DNA of 64,000 nucleotides, taken from the NCBI GenBank assembly GCA_947488305.1, contig CANKZM010000007.1:134860-198859 (forward strand), given 5' to 3'. Below the pieces are notes generated by a model, which saw only the letters and a list, made by a program, of their open reading frames with translations, made no database searches and was not told the origin of the DNA. The translations under genes and the position numbers were made by a program. The stretch is from an uncultured Roseobacter sp. (GTDB lineage: Bacteria > Pseudomonadota > Alphaproteobacteria > Rhodobacterales > Rhodobacteraceae). Below are positions 56,246 to 64,000 of the stretch, piece by piece (the stretch's first letter is position 1; each line of letters starts with the position of its first letter).

Positions 56246-57262
56246 TTGCCGCCCAGTGACCCTAGTCCAACGGACACCCTGACAGCTGCCCCAGGCGGAA
56301 CCGTGGAATTTCCCGACAATCGTTTGTTGATCGACCTATGTGGTCCTTATGACGCCAATCTTGCTCAGGTCGAGAAGGCTCTTGGGGTACAGATCATGCG
56401 GCGCGGAAATCAGCTTGCTGTTGTGGGTGAGCACGATTCTCAAACCGATGCCATCCGGGTCCTGCATGCGCTCTACGCCCGATTGGAAAATGGACGAGCT
56501 GTCGAGGCAGGCGATGTGGATCGCGAGCTGCGGATGGGCCCATTCGATGAGGTCAGCGCGCCGGAAGATGGTGACCAGCTTGAAATGCCCATCGGAAACC
56601 GCATTGAAATCCAGACACGCAAAAAACGCGTGGAGCCGCGAACCGACGCGCAGAAAGCCTATGTGCAAGCGCTGTTTGAGAACGAGCTGGCTTTTGGGAT
56701 CGGGCCTGCGGGTACCGGCAAGACCTATCTGGCCGTTGCGGTAGGGGTTTCCATGTTTTTGTCGGGTCAGGTCGACAAGATCATACTCTCGCGCCCGGCT
56801 GTTGAGGCGGGGGAGCGTCTGGGATTCCTGCCCGGCGACATGAAAGACAAGGTCGACCCCTACATGCAGCCGCTTTACGATGCGCTGGGCGATTTTCTAC
56901 CGGGCAAGCAACTCACGCGCCTTATCGAGGAAAAGCAGATTGAAATTGCCCCCTTGGCCTTCATGCGGGGGCGCACGCTGTCCAATGCATTTGTGGTCCT
57001 CGACGAAGCACAGAACGCGACCACGATGCAGATGAAAATGTTCCTCACCCGATTGGGCGAAGGATCGCGCATGGTTGTTACGGGGGATCGCACGCAGATT
57101 GATTTGCCGCGTGGGACATCCTCCGGGCTTGCAGATGCAGAACGGCTTTTAAAAACGATATCCAAGATCAGTTTCAGCTACTTCACGTCCAAAGATGTCG
57201 TGCGGCACCCGCTTGTTGCCGCCATCATCGAAGCCTATGAAGCGGACCAGCCCGCGTCCTGA
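56246..57262 (+). CDS. phoH: PhoH-like ATPase
   Basis: Walker A GPAGTGKTYLA, plus LSRPAVEAGERLGFLPGD and DEAQN. Start is uncertain: TTG 56246 has AAGGAG 6 nt upstream. The track start TTG 56204 and GTG 56216 are alternatives. Confidence 0.88.
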   Translation: MPPSDPSPTDTLTAAPGGTVEFPDNRLLIDLCGPYDANLAQVEKALGVQIMRRGNQLAVVGEHDSQTDAIRVLHALYARLENGRAVEAGDVDRELRMGPFDEVSAPEDGDQLEMPIGNRIEIQTRKKRVEPRTDAQKAYVQALFENELAFGIGPAGTGKTYLAVAVGVSMFLSGQVDKIILSRPAVEAGERLGFLPGDMKDKVDPYMQPLYDALGDFLPGKQLTRLIEEKQIEIAPLAFMRGRTLSNAFVVLDEAQNATTMQMKMFLTRLGEGSRMVVTGDRTQIDLPRGTSSGLADAERLLKTISKISFSYFTSKDVVRHPLVAAIIEAYEADQPAS

Positions 57263-57304
57263 TCGAGGAGTTGGCAAACAGGTTAAGCAACGGGAGGCCA
57301 GGTC

Positions 57305-57805
57305 TTGGAAGTCGATATCCTGATCGAGGATAGCCGTTGGGAAGGCCTGAATTTCGAGGAATTGGTAAAGGACGCCTTGAAGGCGACGGCGGCACATCTT
57401 GGATTGCCCACCAAATTGATTGAGGTTTCCGTGCTGGCTTGCGATGACGCAAGGATCGCTGTGTTGAACCATGATTTTCGAGACAAGGCGAAGGCCACAA
57501 ATGTATTGAGTTGGCCAGCGGAAGAGCTTGCATCCGACACAGCCGGAGGACCCCCATCACGGCCAGCGGTTGGTGTCGACGGGACCGTGGCCTTAGGCGA
57601 CATCGCGATCTCTTATGACACTTGTGAGCGCGAAGCTGCCGACGCCGGAAAGCCGATCAAGGCGCACGTGACGCATCTTGTCGTTCATGGAACGTTACAT
57701 TTGTTGGGTTACGATCACGTTCGTGACCTTGATGCCACGCTGATGCAGGGGATCGAGACTGAAATACTTGGCAAAATGGGTCTGGATGACCCATATAGGG
57801 AATGA
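57305..57805 (+). CDS. ybeY: rRNA maturation RNase YbeY
   Basis: Zinc motif [18 protein letters not shown] start has GGGAGG 7 nt upstream, and there is no in-frame ATG near the N-terminus. Confidence 0.88.
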   Translation: MEVDILIEDSRWEGLNFEELVKDALKATAAHLGLPTKLIEVSVLACDDARIAVLNHDFRDKAKATNVLSWPAEELASDTAGGPPSRPAVGVDGTVALGDIAISYDTCEREAADAGKPIKAHVTHLVVHGTLHLLGYDHVRDLDATLMQGIETEILGKMGLDDPYRE

Positions 57806-58740
57806 CGGGCGGCAATTTCCGCCTTAACGCAGAACAGGACCCAATGGGCGACACAGACGGATCATCTGACGCGGCGCGACGCGCGCGTGACGAACTCACC
57901 CCCCCGCAAGACCCCGAACCTTCCCGACAAGGCGGTTTTTTTAGCCGGGTGATCGAAGCACTCAGCCCCTCTGAGGAGGAGGAGAGTACATCTGGCGAAA
58001 CGCCAAGTCGTGAAAGCCATCAGACACACGGCATGATGAACCTGCGCAGGATGCGCGTCGAGGACGTCTCTGTGCCCAAGGCGGATATCACGGCAATTCC
58101 GGCGACGACCACGTTGGACGAGACAGTGGCTGTCTTTAAGGAAAGTGGCCTGACCCGCTTGCCAGTCTACGATGGTACGTTGGATACCCCCGTCGGATTT
58201 TTGCACCTGAAGGATCTCGCGCTGACCCATGGGTTCAATGGCGGCACCAAGAAATTTGATATGCAGACCATGCTGCGACCCTTGCTGTTTGTGCCGCCGT
58301 CGATGACCATCGGAGTGTTGCTCACCAAGATGCAGGCCGAACGGCGCCACATGGCGCTTGTGATCGACGAATACGGCGGCGTCGATGGTCTCGTCACGAT
58401 TGAGGACCTGATTGAACAGGTTATTGGGGAAATCGAAGACGAACACGATGTCGACGAAGGGCTCTTTTTTACCGAGGAAAAACCGGGCTGTTATCTGGCG
58501 CTCGCGAAGACACCTTTGGACGATTTCGAAGCCGAAATAGGCATGTCACTCACGGACCACGAAGAAGTCGATGAGGAAGAGATCGATACGCTTGGCGGGC
58601 TTGTCTTCATGCTGTCAGGTCGCGTGCCGGCGCGTGGGGAAATGGTGCAACATCCGGATGGGCCAGAATTTGAGGTGATTGACGCAGATCCCCGTCGGAT
58701 CAAGCGGCTACGCGTGCGCACAGACGCGCGTTCTTCCTGA
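57802..58740 (+). CDS. corC: CBS-domain / CorC_HlyC transporter-associated protein
   Basis: CBS pair ([13 protein letters not shown]...[19 protein letters not shown], ...[30 protein letters not shown]) and a C-terminal CorC_HlyC domain. ATGA overlap with ybeY. Confidence 0.86.
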   Translation: MTGGNFRLNAEQDPMGDTDGSSDAARRARDELTPPQDPEPSRQGGFFSRVIEALSPSEEEESTSGETPSRESHQTHGMMNLRRMRVEDVSVPKADITAIPATTTLDETVAVFKESGLTRLPVYDGTLDTPVGFLHLKDLALTHGFNGGTKKFDMQTMLRPLLFVPPSMTIGVLLTKMQAERRHMALVIDEYGGVDGLVTIEDLIEQVIGEIEDEHDVDEGLFFTEEKPGCYLALAKTPLDDFEAEIGMSLTDHEEVDEEEIDTLGGLVFMLSGRVPARGEMVQHPDGPEFEVIDADPRRIKRLRVRTDARSS

Positions 58741-58769
58741 AGGCTGTTGGACATGGCGTTGAAGCCGTA

Positions 58770-60275
58770 ATGCCAGGGCGGTTTGCAACCCTCCCATTGA
58801 TGGTACGACTTGGCGCGTCGGCGATGGCTGGCGCTTTCGGTGCGCTGGGTCAGGCGCCTTTTGACATTCCCGTTGCGCTACTCATCTCCCTGACATTTGC
58901 GTTTTGGCTCTGGCGGGTCGAATCCTTGCGGCCGGGTCTTATGGGTTGGGCGTATGGGGCGGGGTATTTTGCGCTCGCCCTGTCTTGGATTGTTGAACCG
59001 TTTCAGGTTGATGTCGACCGACATGGATGGATGGCCCCATTCGCAGTTGTGTTTCTGAGCGGTGGGCTTGCGCTTTTCTGGGGAACAGCGTTTTGGAGTG
59101 CGCGCAGGCTCTTCCAAAGCCCAATGGCGCTGGTATTCACTTGGACTGGTGTTGAAATGCTGCGCGCATATATCTTCACAGGCTTCCCCTGGGCGGCGCC
59201 AGCGCAGGTGTTGGTGAGCGGACCGGCTTCCGTTTCTTTGGCGTTGGTTGGTCCCCATGGGGCCACGATGGCTTTGATGGGTTTGGCATGCATCCTGTCG
59301 GCGGGCGGACCCCCTGAGCGCGTTATGACCTTTCGGATGGGGCAGTTTTTGCTTTTGGTGGCTGGCATGTTGGCCATGTCCATTCCACATGCGCGCCAGC
59401 CAGCCGAGCTATCAGCAAACACGGTGCGGATTGTCCAGCCAAACGCTGCGCAACACCTCAAATGGCGCCCTGACATGGCGGATGTGTTCTTTTCACGCCA
59501 ATTGGCACTGACCAGCGCGCCTCCGACTTCTCCGGCCCATCCTCCCGATCTGGTTGTTTGGCCGGAAACGGCCATACCGTGGCGTCTGGAGACAGCAGAA
59601 CCTGCCCTTCAAGCCATCGCGCAATCCGCGAACGGTGCGCCGGTTGCGCTTGGTGCGTTGCGGTATGAGGGCGATTTTCTGCGCAATTCCCTGGCCGTTA
59701 TCGCTTCACAAGGGGACATTGCGGCAATCTATGATAAGCACCATTTGGTACCTTTTGGCGAATATGTACCTTTTCGCAGCCTGACCGAAAAACTGGGTTT
59801 TGAGGGGTTGGCCGCGTCGATGGGCGGGTTCTCAAGTGGCCCGGGGCCGGCTCTCCTCGACTTTGGGGCCTTGGGCAAAGCACTACCCCTAATCTGTTAC
59901 GAGGCAGTCTTTCCTCACGGGGTGAACGCGATGCCAGAGCGCGCTGATTTTTTGCTGCAGATCACAAATGATGCATGGTTTGGAACCTACGCGGGACCAC
60001 AACAACATCTGGCTCAGGCCCGCATGAGGGCAATTGAACAAGGTCTGCCAGTGGTTCGATCCGCAAATACCGGTATTTCGGCGATGATCGGTCCAACGGG
60101 ACGTATTTTGGCACAATTGCCTCTTGGGAAGGATGGGTTTTTGGATGCGCGTCTTCCGATGCCGCTGCCACCGACGCTTTACAGCAAATTGGGGGATTGG
60201 CCGGCGATATTGCTCCTCGTGCTCGGGCTTATCGGCACCACCCTATTTGGATCCCGAAAGCCAAGGCAGAGATAG
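58770..60275 (+). CDS. lnt: apolipoprotein N-acyltransferase
   Basis: N-terminal polytopic membrane region and a CN-hydrolase domain (VVWPETA, catalytic Cys in PLICYEAVFP). Confidence 0.9.
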   Translation: MPGRFATLPLMVRLGASAMAGAFGALGQAPFDIPVALLISLTFAFWLWRVESLRPGLMGWAYGAGYFALALSWIVEPFQVDVDRHGWMAPFAVVFLSGGLALFWGTAFWSARRLFQSPMALVFTWTGVEMLRAYIFTGFPWAAPAQVLVSGPASVSLALVGPHGATMALMGLACILSAGGPPERVMTFRMGQFLLLVAGMLAMSIPHARQPAELSANTVRIVQPNAAQHLKWRPDMADVFFSRQLALTSAPPTSPAHPPDLVVWPETAIPWRLETAEPALQAIAQSANGAPVALGALRYEGDFLRNSLAVIASQGDIAAIYDKHHLVPFGEYVPFRSLTEKLGFEGLAASMGGFSSGPGPALLDFGALGKALPLICYEAVFPHGVNAMPERADFLLQITNDAWFGTYAGPQQHLAQARMRAIEQGLPVVRSANTGISAMIGPTGRILAQLPLGKDGFLDARLPMPLPPTLYSKLGDWPAILLLVLGLIGTTLFGSRKPRQR

Positions 60276-60316
60276 CGATTGACGCGGAAAAAAACCCAAC
60301 GTAGTCAGGCGCGACC

Positions 60317-60360
60317 GATCACAACGGCTTCCTGGCGTGGTCTTCGTATTTAATGGAGCA
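60317..60360 (+). ncRNA. SAM/SAH-binding riboswitch (SAM-SAH motif) in the metK leader
   Basis: GATCACAACGGCTTCCTGGCGTGGTCTTCGTATTTAATGGAGCA closely resembles, from memory, the published Rhodobacterales metK SAM/SAH riboswitch (conserved CACAACGGCUUCCUG...GUGG...UGGAGCA). GATCAC/GTGGTC forms stem P1. The loop CTTC can pair with GGAG (60355-60358), which is the metK Shine-Dalgarno sequence. Confidence 0.75.
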
Positions 60361-60364
60361 AATG

Positions 60365-61546
60365 ATGTCCCGCAAAAACTACACCTTCACCTCGGAATCC
60401 GTTTCCGAAGGCCATCCTGATAAAGTGTGTGATCGGATTTCCGATGCCGTGCTGGACGCCTTTATTGCCGAAGAACCAGAAGCGCGTGTCGCTGCCGAAA
60501 CCTTTGCGACAACAAATCGTGTCGTCATCGGCGGGGAAGTTGGCCTGTCCGACAAGACCAGGCTGCATGACTACATGGGACAGATCGAAGCCATCGCCCG
60601 ATCCTGTATCAAGGACATCGGGTATGAGCAGGATGAGTTCCACCACGCGACCTGCGAAGTGACCAACCTGCTCCACGAGCAATCTGCGCATATCGCGCAG
60701 GGCGTCGATGCCGGCCAGGACAAGGAAGAAGGGGCAGGCGATCAGGGGATCATGTTCGGCTTTGCGTCTGACGAAACACCTGAATTGATGCCCGCGCCAA
60801 TTCACTATGCGCATGCGATCTTGCGGCGTTTGGCTGAGGTTCGCAAGGATGGGACAGAACCCACGCTGCGCCCTGATGCAAAAAGTCAGCTTTCTGTACG
60901 ATACGAGGATGGTAAGCCGGTCGGTGTAAGCTCGATCGTTCTATCGACCCAACACGCTGATGAAAGTCAGACATCTGATGATATCCGGGCAATTGTCGAG
61001 CCATACATCCGTGAGGTTCTTCCCGATGGCTGGATATCGGCGGAAACGGAATGGTGGGTCAACCCGACCGGGACTTTCGTGATCGGTGGGCCGGATGGCG
61101 ATGCCGGGCTGACCGGGCGTAAGATCATCGTGGATACCTATGGCGGTGCAGCGCCACATGGGGGAGGCGCATTCTCCGGTAAAGATCCAACGAAAGTGGA
61201 CCGGTCCGCGGCCTATGCGGCCCGTTACCTTGCAAAAAATGTTGTCGCGTCGGGACTGGCCAGGAAGTGTACAATTCAGTTGAGCTACGCGATTGGTGTC
61301 TCGAAGCCATTGTCGATTTATTGCGACACATTCGGAACGGGCGAGGTGGACGAGAGTGAAGTTGAACGGGCCATTGGCAAGGTCATGGACCTGACGCCAC
61401 GCGGTATCCGCGAGCATTTGCAACTCAACAAGCCGATCTACCAACGGACCGCTGCCTACGGGCATTTTGGCCGCGCACCCGATGCCGACGGTGGCTTCAG
61501 CTGGGAAAAGACTGATCTGACCGATACGTTAAAAGCAGCGCTCTGA
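60365..61546 (+). CDS. metK: S-adenosylmethionine synthetase
   Basis: [32 protein letters not shown], and [19 protein letters not shown] 60365 lies 6 nt after the riboswitch-embedded GGAG. ATG 60353 lies inside the riboswitch and is rejected. Confidence 0.95.
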   Translation: MSRKNYTFTSESVSEGHPDKVCDRISDAVLDAFIAEEPEARVAAETFATTNRVVIGGEVGLSDKTRLHDYMGQIEAIARSCIKDIGYEQDEFHHATCEVTNLLHEQSAHIAQGVDAGQDKEEGAGDQGIMFGFASDETPELMPAPIHYAHAILRRLAEVRKDGTEPTLRPDAKSQLSVRYEDGKPVGVSSIVLSTQHADESQTSDDIRAIVEPYIREVLPDGWISAETEWWVNPTGTFVIGGPDGDAGLTGRKIIVDTYGGAAPHGGGAFSGKDPTKVDRSAAYAARYLAKNVVASGLARKCTIQLSYAIGVSKPLSIYCDTFGTGEVDESEVERAIGKVMDLTPRGIREHLQLNKPIYQRTAAYGHFGRAPDADGGFSWEKTDLTDTLKAAL

Positions 61547-61579
61547 TCCAGCGGAGCAGCTGCGCTGCATGCTATTCAG

Positions 61580-61604
61580 GCTGAACACGAAGCCCGTGTT
61601 CAGC
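61580..61604 (+). terminator. stem-loop after metK (no clear U-tract)
   Basis: GCTGAACACG-aagcc-CGTGTTCAGC is a perfect 10-bp stem, 34 nt after the metK stop. Confidence 0.5.
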
Positions 61605-61710
61605 GTTGCCGCGCAGCCCGCAGGGTCGGTGTAGTTCGTTTTCTTTGCCGCGAGGCACAGGCGTCATCCCGCCCGTTGCATCGTGTCACGCCCAACGCTA
61701 AAGGGCAGAC

Positions 61711-62412
61711 ATGAAACGCACCGACCGACCGCACCGCAATTTCTATGGCAGGCTCAAGGGAAAATCTCTTAAGTCGTCGCAAAAGAAGTATCTCGAAGAA
61801 GATTTGGATGCGCTGTCTCCCGGGGCGGTCACCTGGGATGAAAACCCGTCACGCGAGCCGCTTGATTTAGAGGCCCTATTCGATGGCAAACCGGTCTGGT
61901 TGGAGATCGGATTCGGAGGTGGCGAACATCTGGTCCATCAGGCCACTGAAAACCCGGAAGTCGGCATTATTGGCGCCGAACCCTACATCAATGGCGTCGC
62001 CATGCTGCTGGGCAAGATACGACGGGCGGGTGTGAAAAACCTCGCCGTCTTTCCGGGAGATGCGCGGGATTTGATGGATGTTTTGCCAGAGGCTTCGGTC
62101 GATCGGGCCTTTCTGCTTTATCCCGATCCATGGCCAAAGGCGCGACACCATCGCCGGCGTTTTGTCACGCCCGAGCACCTCGGGCCGCTGTCCCGCGTGC
62201 TGAAACCCGGGGCAGTGTTTCGGGTTGCCACTGATATCGAGGATTACGTTCGCCAGGCATTGCAGGAAATCCCGCAGCAGGGGTTCAGCTGGCAGGCGCA
62301 ACGTCCTGACGATTGGCGTGTCCCCTGGCCAGACTGGATTTCGACCCGGTATGAGCAAAAAGCCCTGCGAGAGGGACGCACGCCGCACTACCTGACTTTC
62401 GTGAGAACCTGA
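61711..62412 (+). CDS. trmB: tRNA (guanine46-N7)-methyltransferase
   Basis: [14 protein letters not shown]-binding motif, plus [14 protein letters not shown] and EQKALREGR. Confidence 0.9.
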   Translation: MKRTDRPHRNFYGRLKGKSLKSSQKKYLEEDLDALSPGAVTWDENPSREPLDLEALFDGKPVWLEIGFGGGEHLVHQATENPEVGIIGAEPYINGVAMLLGKIRRAGVKNLAVFPGDARDLMDVLPEASVDRAFLLYPDPWPKARHHRRRFVTPEHLGPLSRVLKPGAVFRVATDIEDYVRQALQEIPQQGFSWQAQRPDDWRVPWPDWISTRYEQKALREGRTPHYLTFVRT

Positions 62413-62492
62413 CCCAGCCTGCCCGAATGGGCTGGACGCTGCCCATGTGGCGCGGTAATCCAGCGCCAACCACGTCCAAGTTGAGTATTCCA

Positions 62493-63845
62493 ATGTCCAG
62501 TCATGGCTCTCCCATTCCGATGTCTTCGAACGCCTGCGGCCCTCTTTCTGGGGTTGCGAATGTGCCGGGTGACAAATCAATCTCGCACCGCTCGTTGATC
62601 CTTGGGGCGCTAAGTGTGGGTGAGACCAGCATAACGGGATTGTTGGAGGGCCAAGACGTTCTGGATACCGCCAAGGCGATGCGCGGCTTCGGAGCAACGG
62701 TGACAGAGCATGGGGACGGCAAATGGACCGTGAACGGCGTGGGCGTTGGAGGTTTTGCAGAGCCTGATCAGGTTATCGACTGCGGCAACTCAGGGACTGG
62801 CGTTCGCCTCATCATGGGGGCCATGGCGACGTCGCCCATCACGGTGACATTCACGGGGGACGCTTCTTTGAACGGGCGCCCGATGGCACGTGTGACAGAC
62901 CCCCTCGCGCTTTTTGGCACGCAGTCGGTAGGGCGCGAAGGCGGACGGCTTCCGATGACGCTGGTTGGGGCCGCAAACCCGATACCGGTGGAATATACGG
63001 TGCCCGTTCCCTCAGCACAGGTGAAGTCGGCAGTTTTGCTGGCGGGCCTGAATGCGCCCGGGAAGACAATCGTGATTGAGGCTGAAGCTACTCGAGATCA
63101 TACCGAGCGGATGCTTGCGGGTTTCGGCGCCGAGATTTCAGTTGAGGAAACGGACACGGGCCGTGTCATCACCTTGACCGGGCAGCCTGAACTCAAACCA
63201 CAACAAATCGACGTCCCGCGTGATCCCTCGTCGGCGGCTTTCCCGGTCTGCGCGGCGTTGATTGTGCCCGGCTCTGATGTGTTGGTGCCGGGGATAGGCC
63301 TGAATCCAACTCGGGCGGGGCTCTTTACGACGTTGCGCGAGATGGGGGCAGACCTGACGTATGAGAACGAACGCGAGGAAGGCGGCGAACCGGTCGCCGA
63401 CTTGCGGGCGCGTTTTTCCCCCGATCTGAAAGGAATCGAAGTTCCACCTGAACGCGCGGCGAGCATGATTGATGAATATCCGGTCCTTTCGGTGGTGGCC
63501 TCATTTGCCGAAGGAAAAACCGTCATGCGCGGCGTGAAGGAGCTTCGCGTGAAAGAGAGTGACCGAATTGATGCCATGGCCGTTGGTCTGCGGGCCAATG
63601 GCGTTGAAGTTGAAGAAGGCCCCGACTGGTGGATCGTAACCGGGCGCGGGCATGGCAATGTGCAAGGGGGCGCCACTTGTGCCAGCCATCTCGATCATCG
63701 GATCGCGATGTCTTTTCTAGTTCTGGGCATGGCGACGGAAAACCCGGTGCACGTGGATGACGCCGGGCCGATAGCGACCTCTTTTCCAATTTTTGAGCCA
63801 TTGATGGCAGAATTGGGTGCGCATATCACGCGCTCTGCGTCGTGA
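62493..63845 (+). CDS. aroA: 3-phosphoshikimate 1-carboxyvinyltransferase (EPSP synthase)
   Basis: [27 protein letters not shown], and [11 protein letters not shown] 62493 (MSSHGSPIP); the track start 62427 is rejected. Confidence 0.92.
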   Translation: MSSHGSPIPMSSNACGPLSGVANVPGDKSISHRSLILGALSVGETSITGLLEGQDVLDTAKAMRGFGATVTEHGDGKWTVNGVGVGGFAEPDQVIDCGNSGTGVRLIMGAMATSPITVTFTGDASLNGRPMARVTDPLALFGTQSVGREGGRLPMTLVGAANPIPVEYTVPVPSAQVKSAVLLAGLNAPGKTIVIEAEATRDHTERMLAGFGAEISVEETDTGRVITLTGQPELKPQQIDVPRDPSSAAFPVCAALIVPGSDVLVPGIGLNPTRAGLFTTLREMGADLTYENEREEGGEPVADLRARFSPDLKGIEVPPERAASMIDEYPVLSVVASFAEGKTVMRGVKELRVKESDRIDAMAVGLRANGVEVEEGPDWWIVTGRGHGNVQGGATCASHLDHRIAMSFLVLGMATENPVHVDDAGPIATSFPIFEPLMAELGAHITRSAS

Positions 63846-63850
63846 GCCGA

Positions 63851-64000
63851 ATGACCGAAGCGGCAGATCGTGCCTTCACGATCGCCATTGATGGTCCGGC
63901 AGCGGCGGGCAAGGGCACAATTTCAAAAGCAGTGGCCGCGCATTTTGGCTTTGCGCATTTGGATACCGGGCTGCTTTACCGTGCCGTGGGCGCAAAGATG
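63851..64000 (+). CDS. cmk: cytidylate kinase, 5'-partial in window
   Basis: Hand translation gives [49 protein letters not shown] (P-loop GPAAAGKGT). GTG 63842, overlapping the aroA stop, is an alternative start. The gene runs off the window end. Confidence 0.85.
   Translation, partial: MTEAADRAFTIAIDGPAAAGKGTISKAVAAHFGFAHLDTGLLYRAVGAKM

Noticed and set aside
61876-62697. 273-aa minus-strand ORF spanning trmB and the aroA start.
   Set aside because: It is antisense to two housekeeping genes with clear motifs, and its composition is Pro/Arg/Ser-rich.
1-64000. Looked for CRISPR arrays, IS or transposase genes, integrases, prophage genes, tRNA/rRNA genes, toxin-antitoxin pairs and known defence-system signatures.
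   Set aside because: I saw no direct-repeat arrays, no DDE or tyrosine-recombinase-like ORFs, no tRNA-like T-loop (GGTTCGAATCC) sequences in intergenic regions, and no nuclease, helicase or ATPase gene combinations typical of defence islands. The window reads as core chromosome plus catabolic clusters.

Overview
This 64-kb chromosomal segment looks like a marine Rhodobacteraceae (Roseobacter-group) alphaproteobacterium. The clues are moderately high GC by eye, a SAM/SAH-type riboswitch ahead of metK, a Hint-domain protein, and irr beside fabA-fabB-fabI. I count about 70 densely packed protein genes, many translationally coupled by 1-8 nt overlaps. I saw no rRNA, tRNA, CRISPR, transposase, integrase, phage or recognisable defence genes. 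Gene order is as follows. (1) A fatty-acid beta-oxidation block at 730-13732: acyl-CoA ligase, fadB/fadA-like genes, GST, two acyl-CoA dehydrogenases, two tandem MerR regulators and two hotdog thioesterases. A sulfotransferase plus Hint-domain pair is wedged into it. (2) Housekeeping genes: MATE, pyrD, DUF952, 5'-nucleotidase, SRAP peptidase, and a LysR/glutaryl-CoA dehydrogenase pair. (3) A 12-gene plus-strand operon at 22062-34561. It has a CUT1-type ABC transporter, four SnoaL/NTF2-like paralogs (seven domains), a HisD-family dehydrogenase, an SDR, a LacI regulator and a bicupin. A perfect 18-bp palindrome precedes it. I cannot match it to a known pathway, and it is my best candidate for an undescribed system. 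(4) A trio of membrane protein, MetE-II-like and RraA-like genes behind a palindrome-rich AT-rich spacer. (5) A 9-gene minus-strand mosaic cluster at 38772-47767: HAD dehalogenase, three alpha/beta hydrolases, threonine-dehydratase-like, pcaD-like, pcaB-like, MFS, ADH and an enolase-superfamily gene. (6) fabI-fabB-fabA/irr, then miaB, then an inserted OmpA-like/lipoprotein pair, then phoH-ybeY-corC-lnt, metK, trmB, aroA and a partial cmk. All functional calls rest on motif and family recognition by eye; no database search was run.
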